A stretch of DNA of 56,049 nucleotides, the filler included, from Sphacelaria rigidula (lineage: Eukaryota), in the NCBI GenBank assembly GCA_964200075.2. It is 4 parts of 4 records of this genome, joined end to end, with 100 filler letters (N's around TTAATTAATTAA, not from the genome) between each part and the next. Parts side by side here need not be neighbours in the genome. Positions count along the whole stretch, not along the records: positions 28,080 to 42,014 come from CAXNAA020002570.1; positions 42,115 to 56,049 come from CAXNAA020002571.1; 2 more parts are not named here. One strand, 5' to 3'. This document shows positions 38,501 to 48,699 of the stretch, one piece after another. The number at the start of each line of letters is the position of its first letter. Position 1 is the first letter of the stretch. The notes under the pieces are model-generated. The model made no database searches. It was not told where the DNA came from and saw nothing but the letters and a program-made list of their open reading frames with translations. A program made the translations under genes and the position numbers.

Positions 38501-41500
38501 CGAACGACATAATTGGTAGGGTGCTCAACTCAAGCAGGCGATCTGAGCTGTTTTTTCTTTTTGGTTCTTATTTCGGCCTTCTGGTTTCTTTCTCTCAGAC
38601 TAATGTAGCAGAAACGTCTTCATTAGAAGGTGAGGTGTCGAGCAAAGGTAGATATCAACATGCGCGAAGTCGATACTCGCGCGTAACGCAGGAAACAAGC
38701 GCGGTTGCTATACCTACATAGTCGACAGTAAGTCGGCGCTCTTCAGAGAAAATAAGTGGATCAAGTTGTGCGGCTTATCGTGATATACTGTTCAGGATAA
38801 ATACTAGCACCACTCAGCTACCAGCTGTGCCCACAAGAAGAGAAATTGCCTGCCGGGTGACCTGAAGTGCCGCGTACCGCATTTTACTCAGAATTCTTCT
38901 CGTTGAGACTTGGGTACATGGTGACACATACGCGGAAAGCGCGTCGAGACTCGGTTGCACGGTAACACAGATACGGAAATCATGGGGTACTTGTCGACCA
39001 CCCGCTTGGGCCCCTAATTGAGATGTATAGGGCCAGGCGTTCCGCGCCGGGCTGTTGCTGTTCACAGGTTGGATTTGTGGCCTCTAGTCAGACTGATTGA
39101 GTGATCGGCCAGCACGTGTTCACTAATTCGCGACGGGTTTAGTCATATTCATAAGATGATGACCGTGCTCGAGGAGAAAGCACGGAAATGCTCGCATGAG
39201 GGAACTCGACAAAAGAGGAAACGTGGAGGGGAAAGTAAGAACACAATATTACGTGTGGTATATCAACAATGAAATAGAAATCTCCACACACAGATAGCAC
39301 CCCACCAGGAACGAAAACGGGATTCCTGATTAACCCCCACCGCAAAGCGGTGGATCTATCTACCGTCTTGCCCGCTTCATATGGCACAGGGTCAGGGTGT
39401 CGGATTTGCCGCCGTCTATGTTGATAACCTCTCAACTTGACGCTGCACCCTTAAACGTTTGGTGTTTTCTCTCTCGCACTCAGATTTCACTGCCTCGGGA
39501 GGGAGAGCCGGGCGGCCAAGTTAGCGGAAGGGGTTTTGAGGGACGAGCGGGCGAGAAGGCGAAAGAGAGGAGAAGAAGAAGCGCTGGTGACCCGGATGCT
39601 AGGCCATATCGAGGTGTCATTCAATTCTTGGAATACGCAGTAGGGGTAGCCATTTTGAGATCGCGTGTACTAGTGCGAATGTTTGTGGAGACTTCATTTT
39701 CGTGAGGCGAAGGCTTGTGTATCAGTAGATATCCCAAAGGCTTCGCAGGCAAAAGTTCAAGGGAAAAAACAGTAGTAGCGCCAGTGGGTCACGTCATGGG
39801 AGTGCCTCAAAATGATAATCACTACAGGTATGGTGTGCTTGCACAATACCGTAATCTATCCGCTTTCCTTGAGAATCTGACTCGCCTTGTAAGTATTTAG
39901 TTCATTGTTGGTGCTTAGTTATAGCCCGTCGAGATTCAGGTTAATGGGTTCAATGCAAGCGAACACACGCGAAAAAAAAAAGGTGTGATGCATTTTCGTT
40001 GACATGCCCAAGCGTTCTAGCCCTCATGAGGGAAATACATCTGGGCGTTATGTAATAGCAAGAAACCGCCATTCCTCCTGTCTACCATTCACATACTCTA
40101 GTTTTGATTATTATAAACCCAAATTCTTCCGCATATCAGCACATAGCAACCCCCCTCCCCTCCCTCCCTCCACTAGAATACGCTTCAATATAAACATTTG
40201 ACGTTATGTGGAGCGCACTTTTTCTAAAACATTCTCCGCACTTTGTTGTTGTTGTTGTTGTTGTTGTTGTTATTGTTGTTGTCTTCACATTAAAAAACCG
40301 TTCCGATATCTGCGCGGTACGTTCGTACTGGGCATCTGATGCGGACGTCTTCCGTGGTCACACTTTACAGTATACATACCGTTCCCGTCACCCGCAAATC
40401 CAACCTCACTACAGAGCATTGCTCTGTTTCGTAGAGTGGATGCAAACATAGATATCTCCCTGCCCAGCAATCCCATTGCTAAAACAAGAAAGGGTGAACG
40501 TCACTCCAAACCTCATTTCGTCCTTTTGCGAAGTTGCTTCTCGTGCATCCGCTTGTCTTGCAAGTAATCGGCAACAGCGGTACACGGTCAACGCCGGCAT
40601 GAAGCGCTCGGGTGTTGCGCACATACCACCATGAGGATGAATACGACAAAGCGTACTTTTCTTGTGTCCCGGGCATGAACAAAACGTGGTTGTGTACTCG
40701 TGTGTCGAAAACAGTGTAACGTGAACTGGGACTACTCGGAGGAGGAGCTGAAAAGCGGTAAAGCGGCAATCGCGACGGCGGCCTGCTTCTACGATAGGGA
40801 TCGCCTCGGGGCCGACGTTAACCGTATAGCGCAGGTACAGTGTGAACCGTGCGTTTGGCTGTCTCATGGTCGATACGTGAGTCCGCCTTCACGTTGCAGG
40901 ACCTTCTTCATAGTTATCGGGGAGGGGAAAACAGAGGGAAATTTAATGAAAGATAACCAGCCTCGGTCAACGGCGAGACGTGCTCACAAAGTTTCCCATT
41001 CTTCAGCTAGATCTACGGGCGACATCTACTCTCGGGGGTAGTAGAAGACTGTGCCCAGAAAAACATCACGGATGAATTGGGCATTATTGTTCGAGTCGAG
41101 ACAACAGATACTTTGAAGCAAAAATGTAGAGTGTGCCGACTAGCTTTCGTGCCTGAGACTACAAGAAGAGGATAAGTTCGCGTACATTTATGTGCTGATT
41201 CCCGAAGGTGGACAGTCAAGAAATACTGCGTGTGAAAAACTGCCATTATAGCCCAACACTGATATTGTCCCCCAGTCAAATAAAACGCCAGTACGGTTTC
41301 AACTTGAAGTATTCATTTGCAACGAAGCACAACTTCTGTGAACACAAGGAAATATGAGATATGGGAGAAAAAAACGTTACGATACCGTAGCAGCGCCTGT
41401 GCTGCCACTCTCACGTAGTACTTGCTCTGTTCACTTGGTGTAGGATGCTATATCTTCTTTTGCCCCTCTTGACATGTAACGGTTCGGGTGCAGATGAAAA

Positions 41501-41625
41501 TGGACCCGACCGCGTTTCGAGCGCAGATGCTGATGAATTTTCGTGTGCATTTGGGGCCAGGCGAGCTCGGCGCCGTCTTCGACGAGTTCGACAAGGACAA
41601 CAGCAAGCTCATAGATGGAGCCGAG
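29558..41625 (+). CDS. Tandem EF-hand-repeat protein, 3'-truncated by the contig end
   Basis: Exons 29558-29900, 30301-30353, 31282-31361, 31448-31470, 35107-35201, 35636-35767, 36250-36366, 37321-37520, 39484-39613, 40715-40834 and 41494-41625 join in frame; the first four are less certain. There are three ~120-aa repeats with consensus (L/M)xPTxF(K/R)..L...FG/RxxL...(D/E)L..(L/V)...D and EF loops DKRGDGRADSLE, DLHREGMIDAKE and DKDNSKLIDGAE. Confidence 0.8.
33048..33212. repeat. 51-bp intronic tandem repeat (~3 copies)
   Basis: Unit AATGATTCGTATCGTACGCATCCATCCTTACAGTTACTTGCTTCTAGTGGT, repeated with substitutions. Confidence 0.85.
35270..35473. mobile_element. hAT-family MITE (204 bp) in an intron
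   Basis: ~42-bp TIR CAAGGGyAGGTCrAGTAGAGTATACTCAATTGCrGGGTATTT at both ends. Perfect 8-bp TSD AACGTTTG at 35262-35269 and 35474-35481. Confidence 0.92.
40243..40282. repeat. (GTT)n microsatellite, probably the (CAA)n tail of a minus-strand retroposon
   Basis: About 13 GTT/ATT units followed by CTTCACATTA. Confidence 0.75.
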
Positions 41626-42014
41626 GCGAGACCTCCTGATTGTCTCTGTCTTTATACTTCAAAGTATGCCCATTGCATGCGTGCGACACAAGATAATGAG
41701 CTGATCCTTCGTCCCCTCTCGTCGTGGCAATGTACTTGATGTGGGCTGTATTGAACAGAGCATTTCTCCTCAGTGTGCACAAAAACATCGACACACCGTA
41801 TCATGTTTGATCCGCATGTGCGGGCGATATACTCTGAAGCACGGAGTATGCTTGACTGACCCTCAAGGTACCGGGGATGACACTTTCTACGATAGCCCCC
41901 ACCCCAAAAGTGCGTGGTTTTGGGAGGCAAAATCTTCACGTAAATCGAATTGGGATAAGCCCAGCACAACGAGAAGCTGGGAATTTCCACGCTTGGGTTC
42001 GTTCTAGCCAATGT

Positions 42015-42114
42015 NNNNNNNNNNNNNNNNNNNNNNNNNNNNNNNNNNNNNNNNNNNNTTAATTAATTAANNNNNNNNNNNNNNNNNNNNNNNNNNNNNN
42101 NNNNNNNNNNNNNN
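42015..42114. other. Artificial contig spacer N44-TTAATTAATTAA-N44
   Basis: Same 100-nt spacer. Confidence 0.97.
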
Positions 42115-42289
42115 CGGCTGATGCACCCACATACACCGAAAGGTGTAGACCGGTGCCCAGAATAAATGGGACAACACACACACAGTGCCTGCAATGTTTG
42201 AATTTCAAGGGGGGGGAGAAAGATCGCGCGTCTCCTTGAGGAGACAGTCGACAGTAATCGCCCAAGGGAGCAAAAGTATTTTGATTCCA

Positions 42290-43497
42290 CCACGTTGGCG
42301 AGTGTCGTCCTCTGCGAGAGAGTGGATTGAACAGAGGACAGACAGCTTCAGGTATGTCTTGGTGACGACGGACGGTCGAAGCGACTTCGTGTGGTCGGAG
42401 CCTTTGGAGAGTGGATTGAACAGAGGACAGACAGCTTCAGGTATGTCTTGGTGACGACGGACGGTCGAAGCGACTTCGTGTGGTCGGAGCCTTTGGAGCC
42501 ATGTGCACCAGCGACGACGGTGAAGCACCTACTGAAGTGGTGGATGACACCGGGGCCCATGGAGATGTGGGTTAGCGATAATACGCATTTGAAGAACCAT
42601 AGGATGATCGCGCTCGAGAAGATGATGGCAATAAAGCTGTGTCGGAGATTCGCGGTGGCAAGTCGCCCTTGTGTCTAATGGCACCTGTGGGAGAATGATG
42701 CGCGCAACTGTCCATACCTTGAAGGCTATCTTGCAGGAGGAAACGCGCGATGTTCGTGACTATGTGGACCTAGTGCCTGCCGAGAAGTGGAGATTGAACA
42801 CCGCTTTCCGAGACCACTATGCGGGCAGGCCGAACGAGTTTCTCCACCCAGCCATTGTCAAGTGAAAGCGTCTGGAAAACCGACGTGCTTGACGAAGAGC
42901 CTTCCAAAAATGGCGGCGTCAATCGTCGAGCCACGGCAAGAGTTGAGCAAGAAGATGGCGCCGTGTGTCGAGAGTAATCGCGAGTTACAGAGATGCGCGG
43001 CTAGGAATGGGCAGCCTCCAAACTTTGCGTTTGGTGATTACGTGCTGGCGGCAAGGGTAATGCGTTCGGGGACAACGTCGAAGCTCGGAAGCGCGCAGGC
43101 GGATCCTTCGCGGATCGTCGCGGCGAAGAAGCAGCACGTTTATGCGATCAAGGGCATTGTCATGGGAGAGATACAGCGCGTTCATGTCGCTCACCTTCGA
43201 CTTTACGCAGAAGAGGAGCTAGAGGATACTGCAGAGCTGAAGGAGGGGTGCCAGCATGCTTTCGCACACGGAGAGTCCTAGATGGCGACTATCGTCGGTA
43301 TATCTGAGGTCGACGCAGTAGACGGACTCCATGTGCGAGTGAACTGGATCGGGTTTGGACGGCATGAAAACTTGTCGGGGCCGTTCGGAACTATTTTGGA
43401 AGGAAAGCCGTAGTTGGTATGATATGAGTTGCGCAAGTATAGAGCTGGTGAAAAGGTGCGGGCACGTTTGTAGGAGAAGCACGGCACCAAGCTTTGA
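42290..43497 (+). mobile_element. Ty3/Gypsy (chromovirus-like) integrase and chromodomain pseudogene
   Basis: YVLVTTDGRSDFVW (first D), WVSDNTHLKN (second D), SNGTCGRMMR (E position mutated), NFAFGDYVL...RVHVAHLRLY (GPY/F region), then chromodomain-like HVRVNWIGFGRHEN. Frameshifts and stops are present. Confidence 0.85.
42318..42495. repeat. Exact 89-bp tandem duplication inside the integrase
   Basis: 42318-42406 is identical to 42407-42495. Confidence 0.9.
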
Positions 43498-44419
43498 ATC
43501 CTACTTTCACTGTATTGTCGATTGCTACTGATTGTGGTGGGGTTGTGTGTGGTGCGTTCGCTTCGTGTGTGAGAATAATGTCAGTACGCCATTGTTGGGA
43601 ATTTGAGTTGACTGGACCATAGACTGCACTGAGCTGGATTGAGACTTGTGTATCTTGGCGGTGTCGATGTTCAGGGTTGTGCCAGGTAACACCTTTTGTG
43701 GAGTATGACGCTGCATGGCCTTGTGTCATTGAACCGAACGGAATGAGGTAGCATGTATGTGACTGCCGGTGGCTACCACATCTCAAGCTCGCTTTCTACT
43801 TCCAGCAGTACGGGGCTTCGGAGGTGCTGTAGAGTATGTCGCCTCCTGTATACGTGCACATTATTATGCTGTCAGTTGATCCAGCGGTTTGGATATGAAG
43901 TTTACATGAGATGAGTCACTGAATATTCTCTGGAGTATGGCCACGACTACTCGACACATGGTATGCCTAAGGGGGTGCTTCTGGTAACGGAGGAAACCTT
44001 TGGAGCAGTTTTGTGGCCTAGTTTCGAGTCTAGACAGGTCTGTACTTCTCTACACAAAGCTTCGTGCCGCTCGAAGCGGGATGACTCAAGAAGAGGACGG
44101 GTGTTGAATTTTGAATATTCCAAGGAAGCAGTACTGCGGAGGTCGCTCGTACGGTATCTCTTAGATTTGCCAAACACACGATGCGCCAACGGCCGCCCTG
44201 CTTCGTGCGCCTCGCATCAAGAGTTACACAGGTTCGCCAGTGAGTTCACGTGAGTGGCACCCCTCAGCAATACTTCGAAGTATATAATCAGTGCCGAACC
44301 CAATACCAGGAGCGTGATGATGGAGACGTTGACAGCTTACGCCGATTCATCACGTACGTAGCAGACTGTTATGCACCTTTGGAAGGAGGTGATCGAAAGT
44401 TTTGGTCTATGGTTGATTT

Positions 44420-44577
44420 TTTCGAACAAACTAACATTAACGCTAACCCTAACCTGGACCCGAAGCGTACGAGACTCTCGGGCAAGGGGGGTGCATGGGT
44501 TCCCCTAGGCGAAGTGTGCGTTGGCAGACCTGAAATCGACGCTGCAGGCGCCGATTTCGACAAAAAAAACGTTCTGG
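44420..44577 (+). repeat. Helentron/HINE-like short element, copy 2
   Basis: CTAACATTAACGCTAACCCTAACC...CGTTGGCAGACCTGAAATCGACGCTGCAGGCGCCGATTTCGACAAAAAAAA, with a hairpin at 44532-44558. Confidence 0.55.
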
Positions 44578-44799
44578 ACGAGCTGGGTCCGCTGCTCACC
44601 TGCCCCAAACCATCAAGTTTCCCAGAACGTCAAGTCTAAAATTAAGTAGTCATGTTGTCAACCATAGAAATACGACCAAAGCTTCAGGTCTACTGTCTGC
44701 AAGATATTACCCTATTTCGTGTGAATAGGTACAGGGTATCCCACAGTAGGCGTGGTGACTGTGCACTGACAGGGAGGTTGTGGATGCTGCTGTACCCGA

Positions 44800-46210
44800 C
44801 ACGCGGCACTCTCGAGGCGTCATGATCAAAGGGAGCTGGGCTCACATCAGCCGCCGCTCCCACCATCTGGACCGAAAAGCTACAGATCTTCGAACATGGG
44901 GGATGGTGGTGGTAATCCATATCTCCCGGGGATTCAGATCCATACGTGCTTGGCCTTTGCCTAGAGTGTAAAAGTGCTGATACCCGTAACCCCTTGAGTG
45001 TGCGGGAATAACTCAATTGAGCTAGTGGCGTGGAGTCGGAACGTATTTTCGAACAACGCCTGCTTGCATCTACAAGCACTCTTTGACATACTCCCACCAA
45101 CCGGCGCCCTACGGCACGACATCGACATCACACGAGACGGCAGTTATCGGCGGGCCATGCGGACAGTGAGCGTGCGGCGCCGTGGATCTACAGAAGCTTG
45201 GATCGCTGTGATCCATGCGTTCGTTCTTCACGTAGTGCAGACAAGAAGCACAATGCTTGGCATGGCTGGACACGGGACTGCTCCGGGGTCGTACTTATGA
45301 CGTGTGGGTATACCGCCAGGGATGGAACTACCCTGGCGTCAACGCAATTGGAGTTGAGATTTCGCAAGAAACATGCACGATGGAGATGCAAGAAATCGGC
45401 GACCTGCCCTACTTAGAGTGCAACTTGAGTGACACTCAGGGCTGCGAGTTTCTCCCGGAGATGAGTACATGGACTTTTCAGGGCTAAGAGCGAAGTCAGC
45501 CTGGGAGGAAACCAAATTCGTAGGGCTGAGAGATTTCATAGTGAATAACACATGTTATCTGCGAAGGAGCACGACGAGAATGGTTCGTCTTTATTATCGA
45601 GATCGAAGACACATGATTGGATCACCGCGGCGAAAAACACGGGCAAATGGCAGGCTGCAGTCGAGAAAGCAATGGAAGAGATCGAGAAGATATGGTGACA
45701 CAAATACAAACTCCCCTCAGACCTTCACCACAGATGACAGGTCCTTGCATCGAGAGCCGCTAATCGGAGAGCCCGTCGCCGACACAACAGCAACAGCTCG
45801 CGGGGACTCCTGGATGGAAATGGTCGAAAGAGGGTCCCGCTTTAAACCCGACGAGAGATGCGTGGAGGAAGCTGGGATAACACGGAAACAGATGTACCTG
45901 TCTTGTATCGGTTGTTCACCTTTTCCTTGGCCTGTGATCTTGCGGTGTTCTTTATTTTGCTTTGGTACATGCTCTTCTCTGTTCTTGGGCTTCATCGCTT
46001 CCGTATTTCCCCCTTGTATTCATTCTCTCTCGGTGTTTCTTTCCCTTCAGTGCTGTACGGGAGCAGCTTGGTGCCAAATTTCCGTATGGCTCACGGATGA
46101 GAGCTCATGTCCGAATACGATGGTCCGACATGATATGGCTGCGCTGACATCTACTCTCACGGCCTCTTGTTTCGCGTTGTGTATGGGTGCTTGCATTTCC
46201 TTCACGTAAC
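44800..46210 (+). mobile_element. Degenerate non-LTR retrotransposon (RTE-like LINE), 3' portion
   Basis: Fragments in the expected order: RTWGM (cf. VWGMLYADD), GALRHDIDI, VVLMTCGY, and DWITAAKNTGKWQAAVEKAMEEIEKIW* (~45614-45698, cf. W..lA.dR..W...V). A pyrimidine-rich 3' UTR-like stretch follows. Confidence 0.4.
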
Positions 46211-47557
46211 GCTTACTTTCACCTCAAGTCATCTTGTAGGGGCCAGTCATCTCTAGCTTTATGTCGTTTCAAAGTATATAAATATATATACAAGCTCCCC
46301 CTTCGGGAGATTGGTACGGGCCTCCCGTGGGTGACGCAAGTCGAAAACATATGGTTGAGAAAGGCTGTTGCATCTTAGTTAACAGTAGTGATCGTGGCTG
46401 TACAAAACATCACATGTGTTTTTGGGTGGTGGCTCCGTATAAGGTCGACCAACTTGAGTAACAGGGATTTGAAGATGTACAATTGTTGGGCGGCAATAAT
46501 TTTGACATGTGAGGCATATGCGTAGCTGCACCATTAGTTGTGCACGTTGTGCGTGACCTTGCTCAAATATGTTTAGAATTCATTGAGAGATGATGAGTTG
46601 TGTGAGACGCGCGCACAACACACGTTTACAAAACGGTCAGCAACGACACGTTTTCGGTTGTTCTTGACACGCACGCGGCCGCCATTTGTCCAACACAGAA
46701 TGGATTTCCGTCAAAGAAAGACTGCTGTGTGTAGATTAGCAAAGGCTAGACGCGAAACTAATGAGCGAGTGGTGGGTGTTCGTGCGTGTTTTTTCGGGGC
46801 TGGATGTGTTGGTGTTGTGTTGCCTTGTTGCGTCTTGTCTGCAGCACCAAACAGTCCTTCGACTAACGACCACTTCCAGACCCACCGCATTTCTGACCGT
46901 GGGGGAAAAATCTGGGGTCCAATCTGTACAAAACTGCTTCTCGATAGGACTTAGGACTGGTCGCTATGGGGCCAATGCCCTGTCAAAAGGGGATTGTGAA
47001 AGAGGGGATAATCCTCTTCGATACGAAGGGCCCTGGGAGTTTCCATTTCTCTGGACAAAAGAGTGGCTCTGGCTGGCTGTTGGAATGCGTATGACATTCG
47101 TACTATGTTCTTTCTCACTTGGGCAGTGGAGGATCGGAGAGTAGTGGGATCTGCGGTTGTGTATCGGGACGAATCGTTACATAAGGCAACAAATCCAGGT
47201 GTCGGATTACAGCGGAGCAGGAATCGGATTCAGCATAGTCGGATGAAAATAGTTGGCACTATATAGTAACGGGAGAAAGGGAGGCAGCCGCACGAGGACG
47301 CAGAACAACAACAGTATATTACAGCTTTCATTCAGCAATATCGTCGAGAAAGTGTCATTTCAGTGCTTCGCTTTTTCTCTGCACATGAAAGTTGCGTGTT
47401 TATTGTTAACCTGCCGAATTTTTCGCAGGACCTTTCCTTTTACAACTCCACGTCACACGTCCATGGGGTGTTACTATCCGTGCTTGTAGGGAACTACATT
47501 TTTCCAGCCCCGCCCAAGAGAAAACACTGGTGTAGGTACGACCGCAGTGGAAGTTTG

Positions 47558-47873
47558 TGGTGTTGCCAGATGATGTCGCCTAGCTACCTAGCTACCTAGC
47601 CACATATTCCGCTCGCGTGCGGTGGTCGTTAGTGCACGTGCATGGAATTATTCTTGTGTTCGGGAGAACCCCCGGGCCCTCCAAACCCATGGTTACGGAC
47701 TCATTGTACTGCATGGTCTTGTTTCGAAAATGTAGTGGAGAAACCTCCGAGCCCTCCAACTCCATGGTTGCGGACCTACTGAACTGTACGGTCTTGTTTC
47801 GAAAACAATTAGTATAGTTTGTGGTTGCCAGATAATAAGGCCTAGCTACCAACCTACCTAGTCATACATTCGG
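47558..47873. repeat. Nested direct repeats
   Basis: Outer pair GTTGCCAGAT..T....CCTAGCTACC..CTACCTAG at ~47560 and ~47823. Inner ~75-bp tandem pair GCCCTCCAA..CCATGGTT.CGGAC...GGTCTTGTTTCGAAAA. Confidence 0.7.
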
Positions 47874-48699
47874 CAGAGTGGTGATTCTTGTCTGAAACGA
47901 TTGCATACCACTGTGGCTTCCACATCACCGGGTCGTTTCTTGCGACAAAACATTCCTGTGCTGCTGTGGCGCTGTACCTTGTTCAACCCGCCAACGGCCC
48001 ATCGCACGGTCTTGTGTTTGCTGCTGACTGAGGCTAAGGTGATGTTCATTCGTTTTCAACTGCTTTGCTTTCATGTTCTCGTGACATTGGCGGCATAACC
48101 AGTGTGTTCGTGCTCGCAAATGAACGAGAACGAGACACAGAAAAACACGGGGGGGAAATACCCCGCCAAAAGTAATGATGTTTCAAGCTTTTCATGATTT
48201 TTTTCAGGCTTTAGTGGTTCGGGATCGACACCTTGAAAAAGAGCCAGTTTGAGCGACTTTCGGTGGCCGGAACACGCGCCACAGGTATCAAATGACACCC
48301 AAACCTGAACGTTAATATACCGCTAAGCCTCCCTAATGCACTGCAAAAGAAAGCGCGGCAAACAATGCCTTGCCGCCAGAGAATACGCGGCAAAAGTGGT
48401 GAAAAATGTGAAATGATTAATGTACATGTGATGTCCGTTTCCTTCCTTCCCTTTCTCCGTTTCTCTTGTTTTGCTTTTTTTTTCATTCTGTGTTTCATTT
48501 ACTCCACTTGATTGCTTTCATTACTATTTTCCCCTCATTTCATTTTCAGTAAGGATTTCCGTTTCGTTCGCCTTGAGTACGCCTGTCCTGAGACCCAAGC
48601 CTTGGTCCCCCGGGGATGAGTAAATGCGCGACAATCAACCGATCAATCAATACACAGAAGTGACCTCATCTTGCGGCCGTGGTCACTGCTGTGGGGTAA

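Noticed and set aside
45469-46209. 246-aa ORF with a hydrophobic C-terminus
   Set aside because: It overlaps a LINE-like 3' end in another frame, and the hydrophobicity comes from T-rich UTR-like sequence.
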